Shown piece by piece: positions 17,736 to 28,063 of a stretch of DNA of 64,000 bases (position 1 is the first letter of the stretch; every line of letters starts with the position of its first letter). The stretch is from a virus (Duplodnaviria; Caudoviricetes): IMG/VR virus record IMGVR_UViG_3300031994_000067, positions 1 to 64,000 of that record; one strand, 5' to 3'. The notes below the pieces were generated by a model that did not search any database, was not told where the DNA came from, and saw only the letters and a program-made list of their open reading frames with translations. A program made the position numbers and the translations under genes.

Positions 17736-20594
17736 GTGGACAATTACACCAGAGAAACTGTTAATCCGCTGATTGTAGAAGGTAAAGTTGATTTGGAAAC
17801 AGTCGGAGAAACTTTGGAAGACCTGAAGAAATTTGCTTATTCATATCTCTTTGACCTTCAGAAAGACATTGTCGGATTTCGTAAACTTCATTTGAAATAT
17901 GAAGACTTTGATGTCAAACGGGATTTCATCTTCACACATATAGACTTGAATAAAATCATGCAGTATAACGTATCGATTCCGTTCATTCATCACAATAACA
18001 GACTCAAGTTCCGTCGCAGTAAGTTGTACAATGTTTCGATAACCAATGATGACATCGAAGAAAACCGCGACCTCTTTGTGTATTCATACTTCGTATTCAT
18101 CAATGGGTATCTCGATTATAGTGCGAGACTTAAATGTCGTGAAGAACTTACTTCGGTTTGTCTTCGTAAAGAAGCAATGACACCCAAATTACGCGAACAG
18201 TTTAAACCCGGAACGGACATCGATATTCTTTTCTTGCCTGATATCGGAATTGAAACTCTTGAAGCGACAAAAGAAGATTTGGAAACAAACTCGCTTACGT
18301 TTAAAACCAGCAGCACAATCAAGTTCCGAGATCATGTATATGCGTTCGTTAGTTGTGGCGATAGTTTGGTTAAGATGTACCAAACAGAAGTCATTGATGG
18401 AAAAGTGGTAGTTCCAGAAGAATCTATCGCTGAATATGAAGATGATGATGTGATCAAGATTATGATCACGATTCTTCCAAACTTCCACGAGCAAAAAGTT
18501 TGTGAACCCGGCATTGATTACTTCGAAAATTCAGTAACTCCGATGCCGGTGCCTGCTGAAAACATTCTCACATTGACTAAAAATGAGGATGGGAGTTTCA
18601 GATTCGATAACGGAATTGACATCGAGAAGAAATACCCAAATGTTTTCAAACTTCCGGAAGGTCATACGGATACAATCTATGCAAACATCTATTACTGGCA
18701 AAATAGTAGTAACAGCCATCTTAAACATGGATTTGATACTGATATTTATGCCACTGCAATAAATATCCTTGACGAATATAGGAATGGAACCATTAATGAA
18801 AACATCGATAAATATATTCCGTTCTTGTACGATTACGACCTTACAAACTTCCATAAATCACACGATAAAGATCATCAAATTGAGTCTGTCGTCTATAAAG
18901 TCAACAGACTCTTTGAAACGTTTAAACTCTGGAGTTTTGCTTCTCAGCTGTATTACGAGAATCTTAGCAAAGAAATCAACGGATATATCATCGATACCAC
19001 CAGGCTTAATATGCGTGAGAAAGTTCGTCGAAATAACCGTCAAGAAATTCGTTTTGAAGGTCACTATCAGGACTTTAAAGAAGACCGTTATCTCTTCATC
19101 TTTGTTAACAAAATCAGCAATAGACCTCTCCCATACAAATATTGGATTGATGGGGTACATTATATTCCTGATGAAGTTTATCGAGATGGTGCTCTTGAAT
19201 ACGTATATATCCCGTGCTCTCTATTTAAAGAAACCGGATCTAGAATCGAAATTGAAAAGAGTAACGATGTAGCGTGGAAAACTAGTTTCATACCTAGCGA
19301 TGAAGGAAACATTATCGATTTGAGACTTGGTAAAGGCGTTATTCCGGTACATTCGTTGTTCGTGGTAAACCAAAATCACGAATTTATAGACCCGTCAAAA
19401 TACAAACTCGTCGTCTCTAAGAACGGTAAAGAAATTGGAGAACCTAGCGGAAACAGCAAACTCTTGCTCACTGAAAATCATGTCGTTAAGTTCTTCCCGA
19501 TCGATGAAAATCTCAAGGGTAATAAAGTTACCATTGGTTACTACGAAAGACCGATTCAATACGAAGTTGATCTCAATCAACTCAATTTCATGATGCGAAA
19601 CGTGAATTATCAGCATCATATCAATAACATCAAACCCAAGTCGAACTGTATTCGTGTGTTCCGTGAAGGTCGTTTACTTCCTCAATGCATGTATACAGTA
19701 ACACCTCCGGATAAATTGAGTGATGAATGGAAAATCGACCTTGATGGATTTGGTTCATTCTATTCGTACCAAGTTGATTACATTCCGGAAGGTTACAATG
19801 AAATCTACTCGCAAGAAACTGTAAACGAAAAAGGCATTGTTGACCTCGCAGGAAAAATCGACAAGCCGTTCAGCGTTAAATACTTCGACGTTTATATCAA
19901 CGGGTACAGATTACTCCCGAATCAAATCAAGAAATTATCTGACTTCACTATTCAAATTTCAGATGTTAACACTCTTCATAATCTTTATATCTATGAAAAA
20001 GATGTTACTACCGATGGTCTCTATTCTCTCGAACTTGAAGACGCTCAGAAGTTCTTAGCGGAGCAACTCATCGAACACGACGAAGAATTCATAGAGAAAA
20101 TCAAGGAACACATCAAAGATATTATTGAGGATCAAGACATCACCGATATTACAGATATTGACAATGCTATCAAGATTATCTTCAACGAGCTTATCGATTT
20201 CATCGAAAAAGGTGGAGTTCTTTCCACAATGGAAATCACTGATTACATCTATATCAAGTATCGCAGTTTCTTCGAAAGTGATGAAGTATTCTTCATCGAC
20301 CCGAATAAAATCTATGATGACTTGAATGAAGAAGATGAAGTTTACTATATTGCTCCGAGAAGACCTGAAGAAATTCCGAATATCAACGACCCGAAATATG
20401 TTGAAGAATTCGGTAAACTCATGAAAGTTTTGTCCGCAGGAAAATTCATTGACCCGAATGGTGAACGCGAATCTCTTGGTAAAGGATTCGATGATGTTGA
20501 GGAAGATTCAGCTGATGATGTGCTTATGGTTTCTGGTAACTATTACACAAAACGTTACAAATCAGAAGCGAAAAACCTCAATACAAATAATTAA
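17736..20594 (+). CDS. Large probable virion structural protein (952 aa)
   Basis: Long beta-rich, acidic ORF in a late operon; no catalytic motif seen. Confidence 0.6.
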   Translation: MDNYTRETVNPLIVEGKVDLETVGETLEDLKKFAYSYLFDLQKDIVGFRKLHLKYEDFDVKRDFIFTHIDLNKIMQYNVSIPFIHHNNRLKFRRSKLYNVSITNDDIEENRDLFVYSYFVFINGYLDYSARLKCREELTSVCLRKEAMTPKLREQFKPGTDIDILFLPDIGIETLEATKEDLETNSLTFKTSSTIKFRDHVYAFVSCGDSLVKMYQTEVIDGKVVVPEESIAEYEDDDVIKIMITILPNFHEQKVCEPGIDYFENSVTPMPVPAENILTLTKNEDGSFRFDNGIDIEKKYPNVFKLPEGHTDTIYANIYYWQNSSNSHLKHGFDTDIYATAINILDEYRNGTINENIDKYIPFLYDYDLTNFHKSHDKDHQIESVVYKVNRLFETFKLWSFASQLYYENLSKEINGYIIDTTRLNMREKVRRNNRQEIRFEGHYQDFKEDRYLFIFVNKISNRPLPYKYWIDGVHYIPDEVYRDGALEYVYIPCSLFKETGSRIEIEKSNDVAWKTSFIPSDEGNIIDLRLGKGVIPVHSLFVVNQNHEFIDPSKYKLVVSKNGKEIGEPSGNSKLLLTENHVVKFFPIDENLKGNKVTIGYYERPIQYEVDLNQLNFMMRNVNYQHHINNIKPKSNCIRVFREGRLLPQCMYTVTPPDKLSDEWKIDLDGFGSFYSYQVDYIPEGYNEIYSQETVNEKGIVDLAGKIDKPFSVKYFDVYINGYRLLPNQIKKLSDFTIQISDVNTLHNLYIYEKDVTTDGLYSLELEDAQKFLAEQLIEHDEEFIEKIKEHIKDIIEDQDITDITDIDNAIKIIFNELIDFIEKGGVLSTMEITDYIYIKYRSFFESDEVFFIDPNKIYDDLNEEDEVYYIAPRRPEEIPNINDPKYVEEFGKLMKVLSAGKFIDPNGERESLGKGFDDVEEDSADDVLMVSGNYYTKRYKSEAKNLNTNN

Positions 20595-20649
20595 ATTTAA
20601 TCATTCGGTTAAACTGTCTTCAGGAAAAAGGTCGAGAATAATTTATTTT

Positions 20650-20671
20650 AGCGCTAACTTCGGTTAGCGCT
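20650..20671 (+). terminator. Terminator hairpin with UUCG loop
   Basis: AGCGCTAAC-TTCG-GTTAGCGCT. Confidence 0.65.
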
Positions 20672-20731
20672 ATCTTTCGTTTTCACGGTTTTTCTCACAG
20701 CTTTATAATCTGAATAAAGGAGGCAGCGGTA

Positions 20732-22663
20732 ATGGCAATATTTACCACCGAATGGAAAAATGTGGCGCGAGAAAAAATCAAAATGTCACGTCCAGACTTA
20801 TCCGATAAAGAAATCGATACATATCTGGATAATGTCATTGAAACTCGTATGACGAATCCACCATGCGAACTCGACAATAACTATTGCAATAAAACAATTA
20901 GCAGCAATCTTTTAGCGATATATGATTGGATTACCACATCCAAACCAATAATTGGTGGTTATGGAGTTCTTTTCAGAAACCAACAGCAATCCATCAATAA
21001 CATTGCGAAAATGATTGCAAAGTTTTTGGAAACACGTTCAGCTATTAAGACGAGAATGAAACAGAACCTCGAACTTTATGGACCCGATAGTTACGAATAT
21101 AAACAAGACGACAGGCTTCAGGGTGCGGAAAAAGTTAACGCAAACGCGTGTTATGGAGCAGGTGGCTCTTCGGTTTCGTTCTCTTATAATCTTTATGCGG
21201 CAGCGGCTACGACAGCAACTGCCCAATCGTTAATCAGCACAGCTTGCGCAGCATTTGAGTCTTTCATGACTAATAATACCAAATTCTATGATTTAGATGA
21301 AATTCTCACATTCATTCAGAACGTTTGTAATGAGAAAACTAAACTTGGATTTGATGGTATCAAAATGCGGAGTCTTTCAGAAGTCAGAAGAAAACTTCTT
21401 GCAGGGTGTTTCAATCCGGAAAAGATTAATGTGAAACATCTCGATTCTGTTCTTGAGAATCTCACTGTTGAAGAATTGACTCGAATCTTCTACAAGAATA
21501 ATATCTTCATATTCACAGTCTCTTGTCAGGAGGTAATGAAGCGACTTCGGAAGATAATGCGAAATACTGAATCGTTCAGAGCTCCGGAAAAGAAATTCAT
21601 AACACCAGAACTCGATAAAGAATTGAAAAAAGTCTGGAAGTATTATAGGGAATTTGTGCATTACAACCATCCAACCTATAACCGAATCTTCAGACTTAAG
21701 ACATCACCTCGTAAATCGGTGTTGGTCATAGATACAGATTCCAATATGATTCTTATTCGAGACTGGATTGATATGATTCTCGAAGCATTTGTAGATTCGG
21801 ACATCGAACGGTCTAAAGAGGAAAACATTTATACTGCGGCTTCACTGATTGGAGTGTTCATCAGTTATATGATTCGAGATACACTCGATTTGTATTGTAA
21901 GAACGCGAATGTCCCACAAGAATTCTGGAAACGAATCGATATGAAAAACGAGTTCTTCTTCGAAACGTTAATAACCAGCACGGTCAAGAAGAACTATATG
22001 GGAAAAATGCTTCTGCGTGAAGGAAGACCTATGAACGGAAAGATTGATATCAAAGGTCTCAGTTTCGTCAAATCCGGAATCAGTGAAGAAATCGGCGAAT
22101 ACATGAAGAGTATTATCAAGAACGATATAATGGGAGAAAAGATTAACTTCAGAGGAGTTCTTCATAAACTCAACGATTTAGCTAACACGATTCGAGATAG
22201 TCTTCTCTCTGGCAATCCGACTTTCACAAAACCGATGGCGGTTAAAGACTTCACGATGTATAGAGACCCGTTAAGTGAAATGGGAATACGTGCGGTATTG
22301 TGTCACAACTATGTGTATCCAGAAGACCCAATTCAACTTCCTGATCACATTCGTGCAATCAAAGTCAAGATGACCAAAAAGAAAGACATTGAATCTCTGA
22401 GTTCTTCTCATCCAGTAATTTACGAACGCATAATCTCAAACATGTTTGAAAATTCGAATCCGAGATTAACTAAGGGCGTCAATTCCATAGCGATTCCACA
22501 AACAATGGAAAAAATTCCGGATTGGATAATTCCATACATCGACATCGACACAATCGTCGAAGATAATATGAAATCTTTCTTTCCGGTATTGAAAGCTCTT
22601 GGATTTGAGATAATTAACACACGATCTAACAACACAATGTTTTCTAACATAATTCAGCTCTAA
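20732..22663 (+). CDS. Family-B DNA polymerase, C-terminal (palm/thumb) subunit of a split enzyme
   Basis: Motif B KVNANACYG, motif C IDTDS and KKNY...IKGL; no exonuclease domain or motif A in this ORF. Confidence 0.8.
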   Translation: MAIFTTEWKNVAREKIKMSRPDLSDKEIDTYLDNVIETRMTNPPCELDNNYCNKTISSNLLAIYDWITTSKPIIGGYGVLFRNQQQSINNIAKMIAKFLETRSAIKTRMKQNLELYGPDSYEYKQDDRLQGAEKVNANACYGAGGSSVSFSYNLYAAAATTATAQSLISTACAAFESFMTNNTKFYDLDEILTFIQNVCNEKTKLGFDGIKMRSLSEVRRKLLAGCFNPEKINVKHLDSVLENLTVEELTRIFYKNNIFIFTVSCQEVMKRLRKIMRNTESFRAPEKKFITPELDKELKKVWKYYREFVHYNHPTYNRIFRLKTSPRKSVLVIDTDSNMILIRDWIDMILEAFVDSDIERSKEENIYTAASLIGVFISYMIRDTLDLYCKNANVPQEFWKRIDMKNEFFFETLITSTVKKNYMGKMLLREGRPMNGKIDIKGLSFVKSGISEEIGEYMKSIIKNDIMGEKINFRGVLHKLNDLANTIRDSLLSGNPTFTKPMAVKDFTMYRDPLSEMGIRAVLCHNYVYPEDPIQLPDHIRAIKVKMTKKKDIESLSSSHPVIYERIISNMFENSNPRLTKGVNSIAIPQTMEKIPDWIIPYIDIDTIVEDNMKSFFPVLKALGFEIINTRSNNTMFSNIIQL

Positions 22664-22674
22664 AAGGGAAAAAG

Positions 22675-22710
22675 AATCCCGTGCGAAATATATGAAATTC
22701 GCACGGGATT
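22675..22710. terminator. Bidirectional terminator
   Basis: Stem AATCCCGTGCGAA/TTCGCACGGGATT between convergent genes. Confidence 0.7.
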
Positions 22711-22728
22711 ATAAATCCGATTTTTCTT

Positions 22729-22950
22729 TTAGCGCTTGATGAACGGATGCGGTGTGCCGGGCGGAATATCGCCGGGGACAAATGTGTTGCGATTGAGATA
22801 GGACTCGGATCCGCAAATATCGCATTTGACGACGATGTTGTCCCGGATAACGGGATGGTCCGGATCGACGCCGATTGCTTTAAGCGCGAGCTCACGGCAA
22901 ACAGGGCAGCGAGACTTTTCAAGTTTGACTTGGGTTGTGTACTCCAGCAT
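22729..22950 (-). CDS. Small zinc-ribbon protein
   Basis: CPVC and CDIC pairs; GAGGAG RBS. Confidence 0.65.
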   Translation of the reverse strand: MLEYTTQVKLEKSRCPVCRELALKAIGVDPDHPVIRDNIVVKCDICGSESYLNRNTFVPGDIPPGTPHPFIKR

Positions 22951-23992
22951 TTTCTTTCTCCTCCACAGTCCTCTTCCTAATGATAGGAAGATGATTCAAG
23001 TTGACGACGATTTCATCGTTATCTTTAATAAGAATGTCGTCGCCGCTGTTGGTGAATTTGAAAGTATATTTACCTTCGTAAACTTTCTTTGCGATTTTGC
23101 AAACCGAATCGATGTCTTGCTCAAGAACGTAGAAGCATCCATATTTGTCAAAATGCCCAATTCCTTCTTGAAGACAAGCTACGGCAACAAATCCGCCGAA
23201 ACGAGAAGATTTGTAATCGTCGCCGAACGGATCGCAGTCATAATAATGCGAGTTCAGTTTCGAGAGAGGTTTCAATATTTTCCACTTTTCGTCACCGGAT
23301 CTGGTTGGTGCAAATATCACTTCGATACCTTTCTCTTCGAGATGCGTTGTGAGCAAGAAAGGTACCAATTCGTAAGCGTCGCTGATTGTAGCCACGATTG
23401 TGCTTCTGACATGAATGTCGCCCTTGTGAGATTTGACGTATTTTGTCATCGCCTGTTCTATTCCGCGGCTGTAAACGTTTTGTATGACACGCACGATTCG
23501 ATCTCCGCTTAAATCGTCTTCCGTGAAGAATCCCTTTTTGACGAGTTTATTGCAAGTCTCGTAATTCTCACGGAAATTTTTGACGATTGCTTGAGCGAGA
23601 ACAAGTTTGTCCTCTGTCATCGGTGCATCCGGAAAGAACATTTTGAAGACGATTTTCTCCATGACGTTCATGTCCGCGATGTTTAACCGCTCAACTTCAC
23701 CGGTTGCAAATGAAACGATCGCCACGTCGCCGGTTTTAAAATCGCGATACACTTCATTGCATTTTGCGCCGATTTTTTCGCTGCCGTTGATAACGTCGTC
23801 AGGTTTCCCGTAGTAACCGTGAATCAATCCGAAATTTGTGTCGTTTCTGAACGAATCACTCCAATGATCTCTGTTGAGATACTCGTAGATGTGAGAACGT
23901 GTGAGTGAGAACAGAACCGGAACAGTTTCGGAGGAATCGATATCACCAAACAGAAAAACCAACCGAACGTCGGCATTTCCATACCTCTTCAT
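22919..23992 (-). CDS. Early hypothetical protein (357 aa)
   Basis: AAGGAG RBS; TATATATTAT at 24064-24073. Confidence 0.7.
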   Translation of the reverse strand: MKRYGNADVRLVFLFGDIDSSETVPVLFSLTRSHIYEYLNRDHWSDSFRNDTNFGLIHGYYGKPDDVINGSEKIGAKCNEVYRDFKTGDVAIVSFATGEVERLNIADMNVMEKIVFKMFFPDAPMTEDKLVLAQAIVKNFRENYETCNKLVKKGFFTEDDLSGDRIVRVIQNVYSRGIEQAMTKYVKSHKGDIHVRSTIVATISDAYELVPFLLTTHLEEKGIEVIFAPTRSGDEKWKILKPLSKLNSHYYDCDPFGDDYKSSRFGGFVAVACLQEGIGHFDKYGCFYVLEQDIDSVCKIAKKVYEGKYTFKFTNSGDDILIKDNDEIVVNLNHLPIIRKRTVEEKENAGVHNPSQT

Positions 23993-24073
23993 GAGGCATC
24001 TCCTCCTTTAAAATGTGAAACGATTTATCCGTAATCGAAGTCATAGTGACCTCAATCACGGATATAATATATA

Positions 24074-24595
24074 TCAGAAATTTCTCCTAAATAATTCGCC
24101 TTTAAGACCTTCGGATTTAGTAACCCAATCTTTTAATCCGGCATTAGCGCAAGCCGGTTCACAAAGCGCACAAGGTTTCGCCTCAATAAATCTTCCGGTA
24201 ACACAATCGTATCCTACCAGATAAAGAGTTGCACCTTTCAAATCTGTAGGATTACCACGGATTAACGCATTCATTTCGCTGTGAATAGCACGACAAAGTT
24301 CGTATCTTTCTCCATGCGGAACATTGAGTTTCTCTCTGAAACATCCTTCATCAAGACAATGTGGCGAACCCGTCGGAGGACCGTTGTACCCAGCAGAAAT
24401 GATATGGTTGTCCTTCACAATAACCGATCCGTATTTGCGACGAATGCATGTGGAACGTAGGGAAACGACCGCCGCAATTAACAGAAAATAATCGTCCCAA
24501 CTAATCCGTTCATCAGATTTAGTCGGAAGATTCATCTGATAAAAGATATTGAAATGAGCAGTCTTCAAATTTGAAAAATCCGGCATCGAAATCAC
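24074..24595 (-). CDS. dCMP deaminase (ComEB-like)
   Basis: RSTC, SAGYNG, HSEMNAL and PCALC zinc motifs. Confidence 0.9.
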   Translation of the reverse strand: MISMPDFSNLKTAHFNIFYQMNLPTKSDERISWDDYFLLIAAVVSLRSTCIRRKYGSVIVKDNHIISAGYNGPPTGSPHCLDEGCFREKLNVPHGERYELCRAIHSEMNALIRGNPTDLKGATLYLVGYDCVTGRFIEAKPCALCEPACANAGLKDWVTKSEGLKGELFRRNF

Positions 24596-24685
24596 TCCCT
24601 TTCATTACAGAAGTGTGTCTGAGCGATTAAATATATATTATAGCTGAGACACAATCAGTAATTGTATCTGAAAGGAGTTGGTTCT

Positions 24686-26146
24686 ATGAATGACCTTGAC
24701 AATATGGAACGTCTGGTTCCCGAGATTGTCATGAGTGACTTTGGACCTAGGCTTGTAGTTGTTAACTGGGACACTGCGTGCGCGGTCCAGATGTTCACGG
24801 GAAAAGGTTTTCCAATCAGAAAACGCAAATCGTTCGACAATAAACAGAAGAAATACATCGACGGAATTCATTCGCCGCTGTTCGGAAGTTCGTGGGAAGA
24901 CGAGGATGCGTTTAAAGACCGCTTCAGTTGTGAATGCGGCTATCGCCAAGGGACGATTTATGAAGGTGAGATTTGTCCTGAATGCGGTACGCGGGTCGGG
25001 TATGTCGATGTAGACTTGGAGAAGTTCGGATGGATTCAGTTAAACACGCGTTACAAGATAATCAATCCGGCGATGTATGCGTTACTTCAAAAATTCATCG
25101 GCAAAACAACGCTCGACAAAATGCTTCGGTGGGATAAAGAAATGGATACAAACGCCCATTATATCGATACTGCTAATCCGAAAGATAAGTGGGTGTCGAT
25201 AGGTCTCACCGGATTCTACAAACACTTCACCGAAATAATGGAACACTTTTACCAAAAGCGGAAGAAGTATGAAAATTATTACTGGGAAATTCTTAAGAAA
25301 TGGGATTGTGTCTTTGCCAGTAATATTCCGGTCTATTCATCAGTACTCAGACCGATTTTCACTTCACCTGCGGAGTACCATTACACCAAAGCGGAACAAG
25401 CTTACAACGTCATCACCGGTTGCATGAACAAACTCAACCAATACAAAGGCGAGATCGATGAGACCAATATCGAGGCAATAAACAGTCTCTTGTATCAGAT
25501 TCAAACGAAGATACTTGACATCGATGAAATCGTCTTCAAAGCGCTAGACAAAAAGACCGGTCATATACACGATGCGATATTCGGAGGTCGCATGGATTTC
25601 TCGGCGCGCGACGTTATTGTTCCGAATCCGACACTTAGGGCAGATGAAATAATTCTGTCTTACCTTGCGGTGTTGGAGCTTTACAAACTGGAGATAATCA
25701 ACTTAATAGTGAAGATTCATGGTTGCACATATACTGTGGCTCTGAAATATTGGTTCGATGCACATCTCCAGTTCAGTCCGTTCGTTTACGAGATCATGGA
25801 ATACTTGCGCGAAAACTCGAAAAATGGAATGATCTGTTTAATCAATCGCAATCCAACCATAGATTTCGGGTCATTCATTTGCGTAAGAATCGTCGGTATC
25901 ACGAAGAGTTACGATAACATGACCATGTCGATTCCAATACAGGTGCTCGGAAAATTGAATGCGGATTTCGATGGCGACAATCTTAACATTTTCAGCCTGA
26001 AGACGAATCACTTGAAAAAGACATTTAATCGAATTCTTAACCCGACGAAATCAATGTTCATCTCAAGAAACGACGGATTCCTTGATAATCAAAACTTTTT
26101 GAAGAAGGATCAGTTCATCGGATTACATGCGTTCTGTACAATGTAA
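24686..26146 (+). CDS. Multisubunit RNA polymerase beta'-like subunit (N-terminal/catalytic part), likely non-virion RNAP
   Basis: Zn finger CECG...CPEC, GGRMDFSAR.VI, NRNPTI and catalytic NADFDGD; early motif at 24632-24641. Confidence 0.92.
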   Translation: MNDLDNMERLVPEIVMSDFGPRLVVVNWDTACAVQMFTGKGFPIRKRKSFDNKQKKYIDGIHSPLFGSSWEDEDAFKDRFSCECGYRQGTIYEGEICPECGTRVGYVDVDLEKFGWIQLNTRYKIINPAMYALLQKFIGKTTLDKMLRWDKEMDTNAHYIDTANPKDKWVSIGLTGFYKHFTEIMEHFYQKRKKYENYYWEILKKWDCVFASNIPVYSSVLRPIFTSPAEYHYTKAEQAYNVITGCMNKLNQYKGEIDETNIEAINSLLYQIQTKILDIDEIVFKALDKKTGHIHDAIFGGRMDFSARDVIVPNPTLRADEIILSYLAVLELYKLEIINLIVKIHGCTYTVALKYWFDAHLQFSPFVYEIMEYLRENSKNGMICLINRNPTIDFGSFICVRIVGITKSYDNMTMSIPIQVLGKLNADFDGDNLNIFSLKTNHLKKTFNRILNPTKSMFISRNDGFLDNQNFLKKDQFIGLHAFCTM

Positions 26147-26242
26147 TAAAGACAACCCTTTTGAATTATTCACATTTTCGCGGCACATTTATAGCCGCAT
26201 ATTTTTTCCGCTTTTTACATTGATTTAAAGGTGGTGATATAA

Positions 26243-27532
26243 ATGGTTCAATTAGGTAATCACGCTATCTATGCCCCATCAATGGCATATACTGTCGGAA
26301 ATGTAGTGTTTAAGACAACCAATCTTGTAAAAAACCTGTTCGGGAAAAATTTCTTCAAGCATGTTCATATAGATACTAGAATGGCATATACCGAATTTGC
26401 TATAAACTCAAATAAAGAATTCATTCACAAAAACAAACCTGTTCTCGGTATCAAGCCTGTGATAGAACTGTTAAACGATGACATATTTCTGTCGGGTTCT
26501 TATCTTACAACCAATATGTTTCCTATGACCTTTGATAACATCGGTGGAGGTAATTTCAACTTTATACCATTTTTCGCCGATAGAAAGAATGGTAACTCTG
26601 CCGGTTATCTATTAGACAGAATCAGAATTGGGTTTGGGATATTTATGAACTTCAATACGGTCGTTGAACAAATGAACATGTTTTCCATATTGACATCGAT
26701 GTGGACTCAAGAAAAACAAATTCCGAGAAAGACTGCAATCGAGATTCATTTACCTAAACCGTTACTACAAATGATTTCCGTCGATAGTGGAGTTCCTATG
26801 AGGGACGAAAATGGTTCAGTTGAGAAATTCTTGGATTACATGAATAAGCATTGCAGTAGACCAATAACATATCAAATGAAACCTTCGTCCGGTAACGATG
26901 AATTTTTCATGTATTATCCGTTGACTATCGAATATACTCCGACAGATTATTCGATGGATTCTGTTGAAAAAATTGGTCAAACAATACATTCTGCACCAAT
27001 CACATTCACACTTACAGCAGAATTTAACACGATTCAATTGTTTGACTATGCTCCACCGAGAGGAAAAGAAATGAATCTTGATGCGTACGATATTTCGATT
27101 GAAGATAGAACGAATAATGGTTTGGGCAAATTCATGGTACCGATATGTACGTTCGACAATCTTTTTAACGAAAGAAACGATGAAGGTTGGAGATTCTTTA
27201 CTACCCGTATGTATAAAGTCGATCATGAACCGGGTCAAACGGAAGACAGGCTCGATCTGAAAGAGTTGTTTAAGAACACCAATATCAAAGAAATCATCGA
27301 ATACCACAATAAGTATGGAATCGATAATCACATCTTCTTCAATATACAGGTTTGGGGTTTGGACAAACAACTCAAAGAGGGCAGAGATTATGACTTCGAT
27401 TTCAATACATTGACGTTGATTACAAAGAAACTTAATAAACGAATAACCTATAGATTCGTCATATACATTGACGACGGTTATATCAATGATTTAGTTGTTA
27501 AATTGCGTCCCGAAGAATTCACTTATAGATAA
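26243..27532 (+). CDS. Probable virion structural protein
   Basis: Late promoter TACA-N6-TA at 26216-26227; long ORF. Confidence 0.55.
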   Translation: MVQLGNHAIYAPSMAYTVGNVVFKTTNLVKNLFGKNFFKHVHIDTRMAYTEFAINSNKEFIHKNKPVLGIKPVIELLNDDIFLSGSYLTTNMFPMTFDNIGGGNFNFIPFFADRKNGNSAGYLLDRIRIGFGIFMNFNTVVEQMNMFSILTSMWTQEKQIPRKTAIEIHLPKPLLQMISVDSGVPMRDENGSVEKFLDYMNKHCSRPITYQMKPSSGNDEFFMYYPLTIEYTPTDYSMDSVEKIGQTIHSAPITFTLTAEFNTIQLFDYAPPRGKEMNLDAYDISIEDRTNNGLGKFMVPICTFDNLFNERNDEGWRFFTTRMYKVDHEPGQTEDRLDLKELFKNTNIKEIIEYHNKYGIDNHIFFNIQVWGLDKQLKEGRDYDFDFNTLTLITKKLNKRITYRFVIYIDDGYINDLVVKLRPEEFTYR

Positions 27533-27535
27533 GAG

Positions 27536-27949
27536 GTGATAATGATGATACTCGGAACAGGAATACATCTGATTTCGGCAGATTGTGATAATAATCGCAC
27601 ATTGTTTACACTTGGGGATATGGTGACCGTTAAGAAAAGAGATTACCTTGTCGATAATGGTTATACCGAATATACCGGAAGAATCGATTCCATTCTTGTT
27701 AATACAAACGAAATAAGACTGGATATTTCACAAACAAACGATAGTAATTATGTCACTATTGGATTCGGTCAGATTATGGAAATCGAACGATATATAGACC
27801 CAGATGCTGAAATTGGAGACGATGACGAGGTAACATTTGACATGAAAACGAAACGCATGATAATGGAAACCATTCCATCAATGCTTCAAGAGATTTTGGT
27901 TAAACTTTCAGCAATCCAATCTAACTGCGAAAAATGTCACGAAGAATGA
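27536..27949 (+). CDS. Hypothetical protein
   Basis: ORF directly downstream of 26243-27532 with GAGGTG RBS. Confidence 0.6.
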   Translation: MIMMILGTGIHLISADCDNNRTLFTLGDMVTVKKRDYLVDNGYTEYTGRIDSILVNTNEIRLDISQTNDSNYVTIGFGQIMEIERYIDPDAEIGDDDEVTFDMKTKRMIMETIPSMLQEILVKLSAIQSNCEKCHEE

Positions 27950-28063
27950 AACAACCTAATGGGTATGACGCTCAGTCATACCCATTTTAATATCTTTTTT
28001 CTTTATATATTATATACGAGTACAAAAGGTTTTAATCACGCTATGCACTTAAGGGGTGATTCT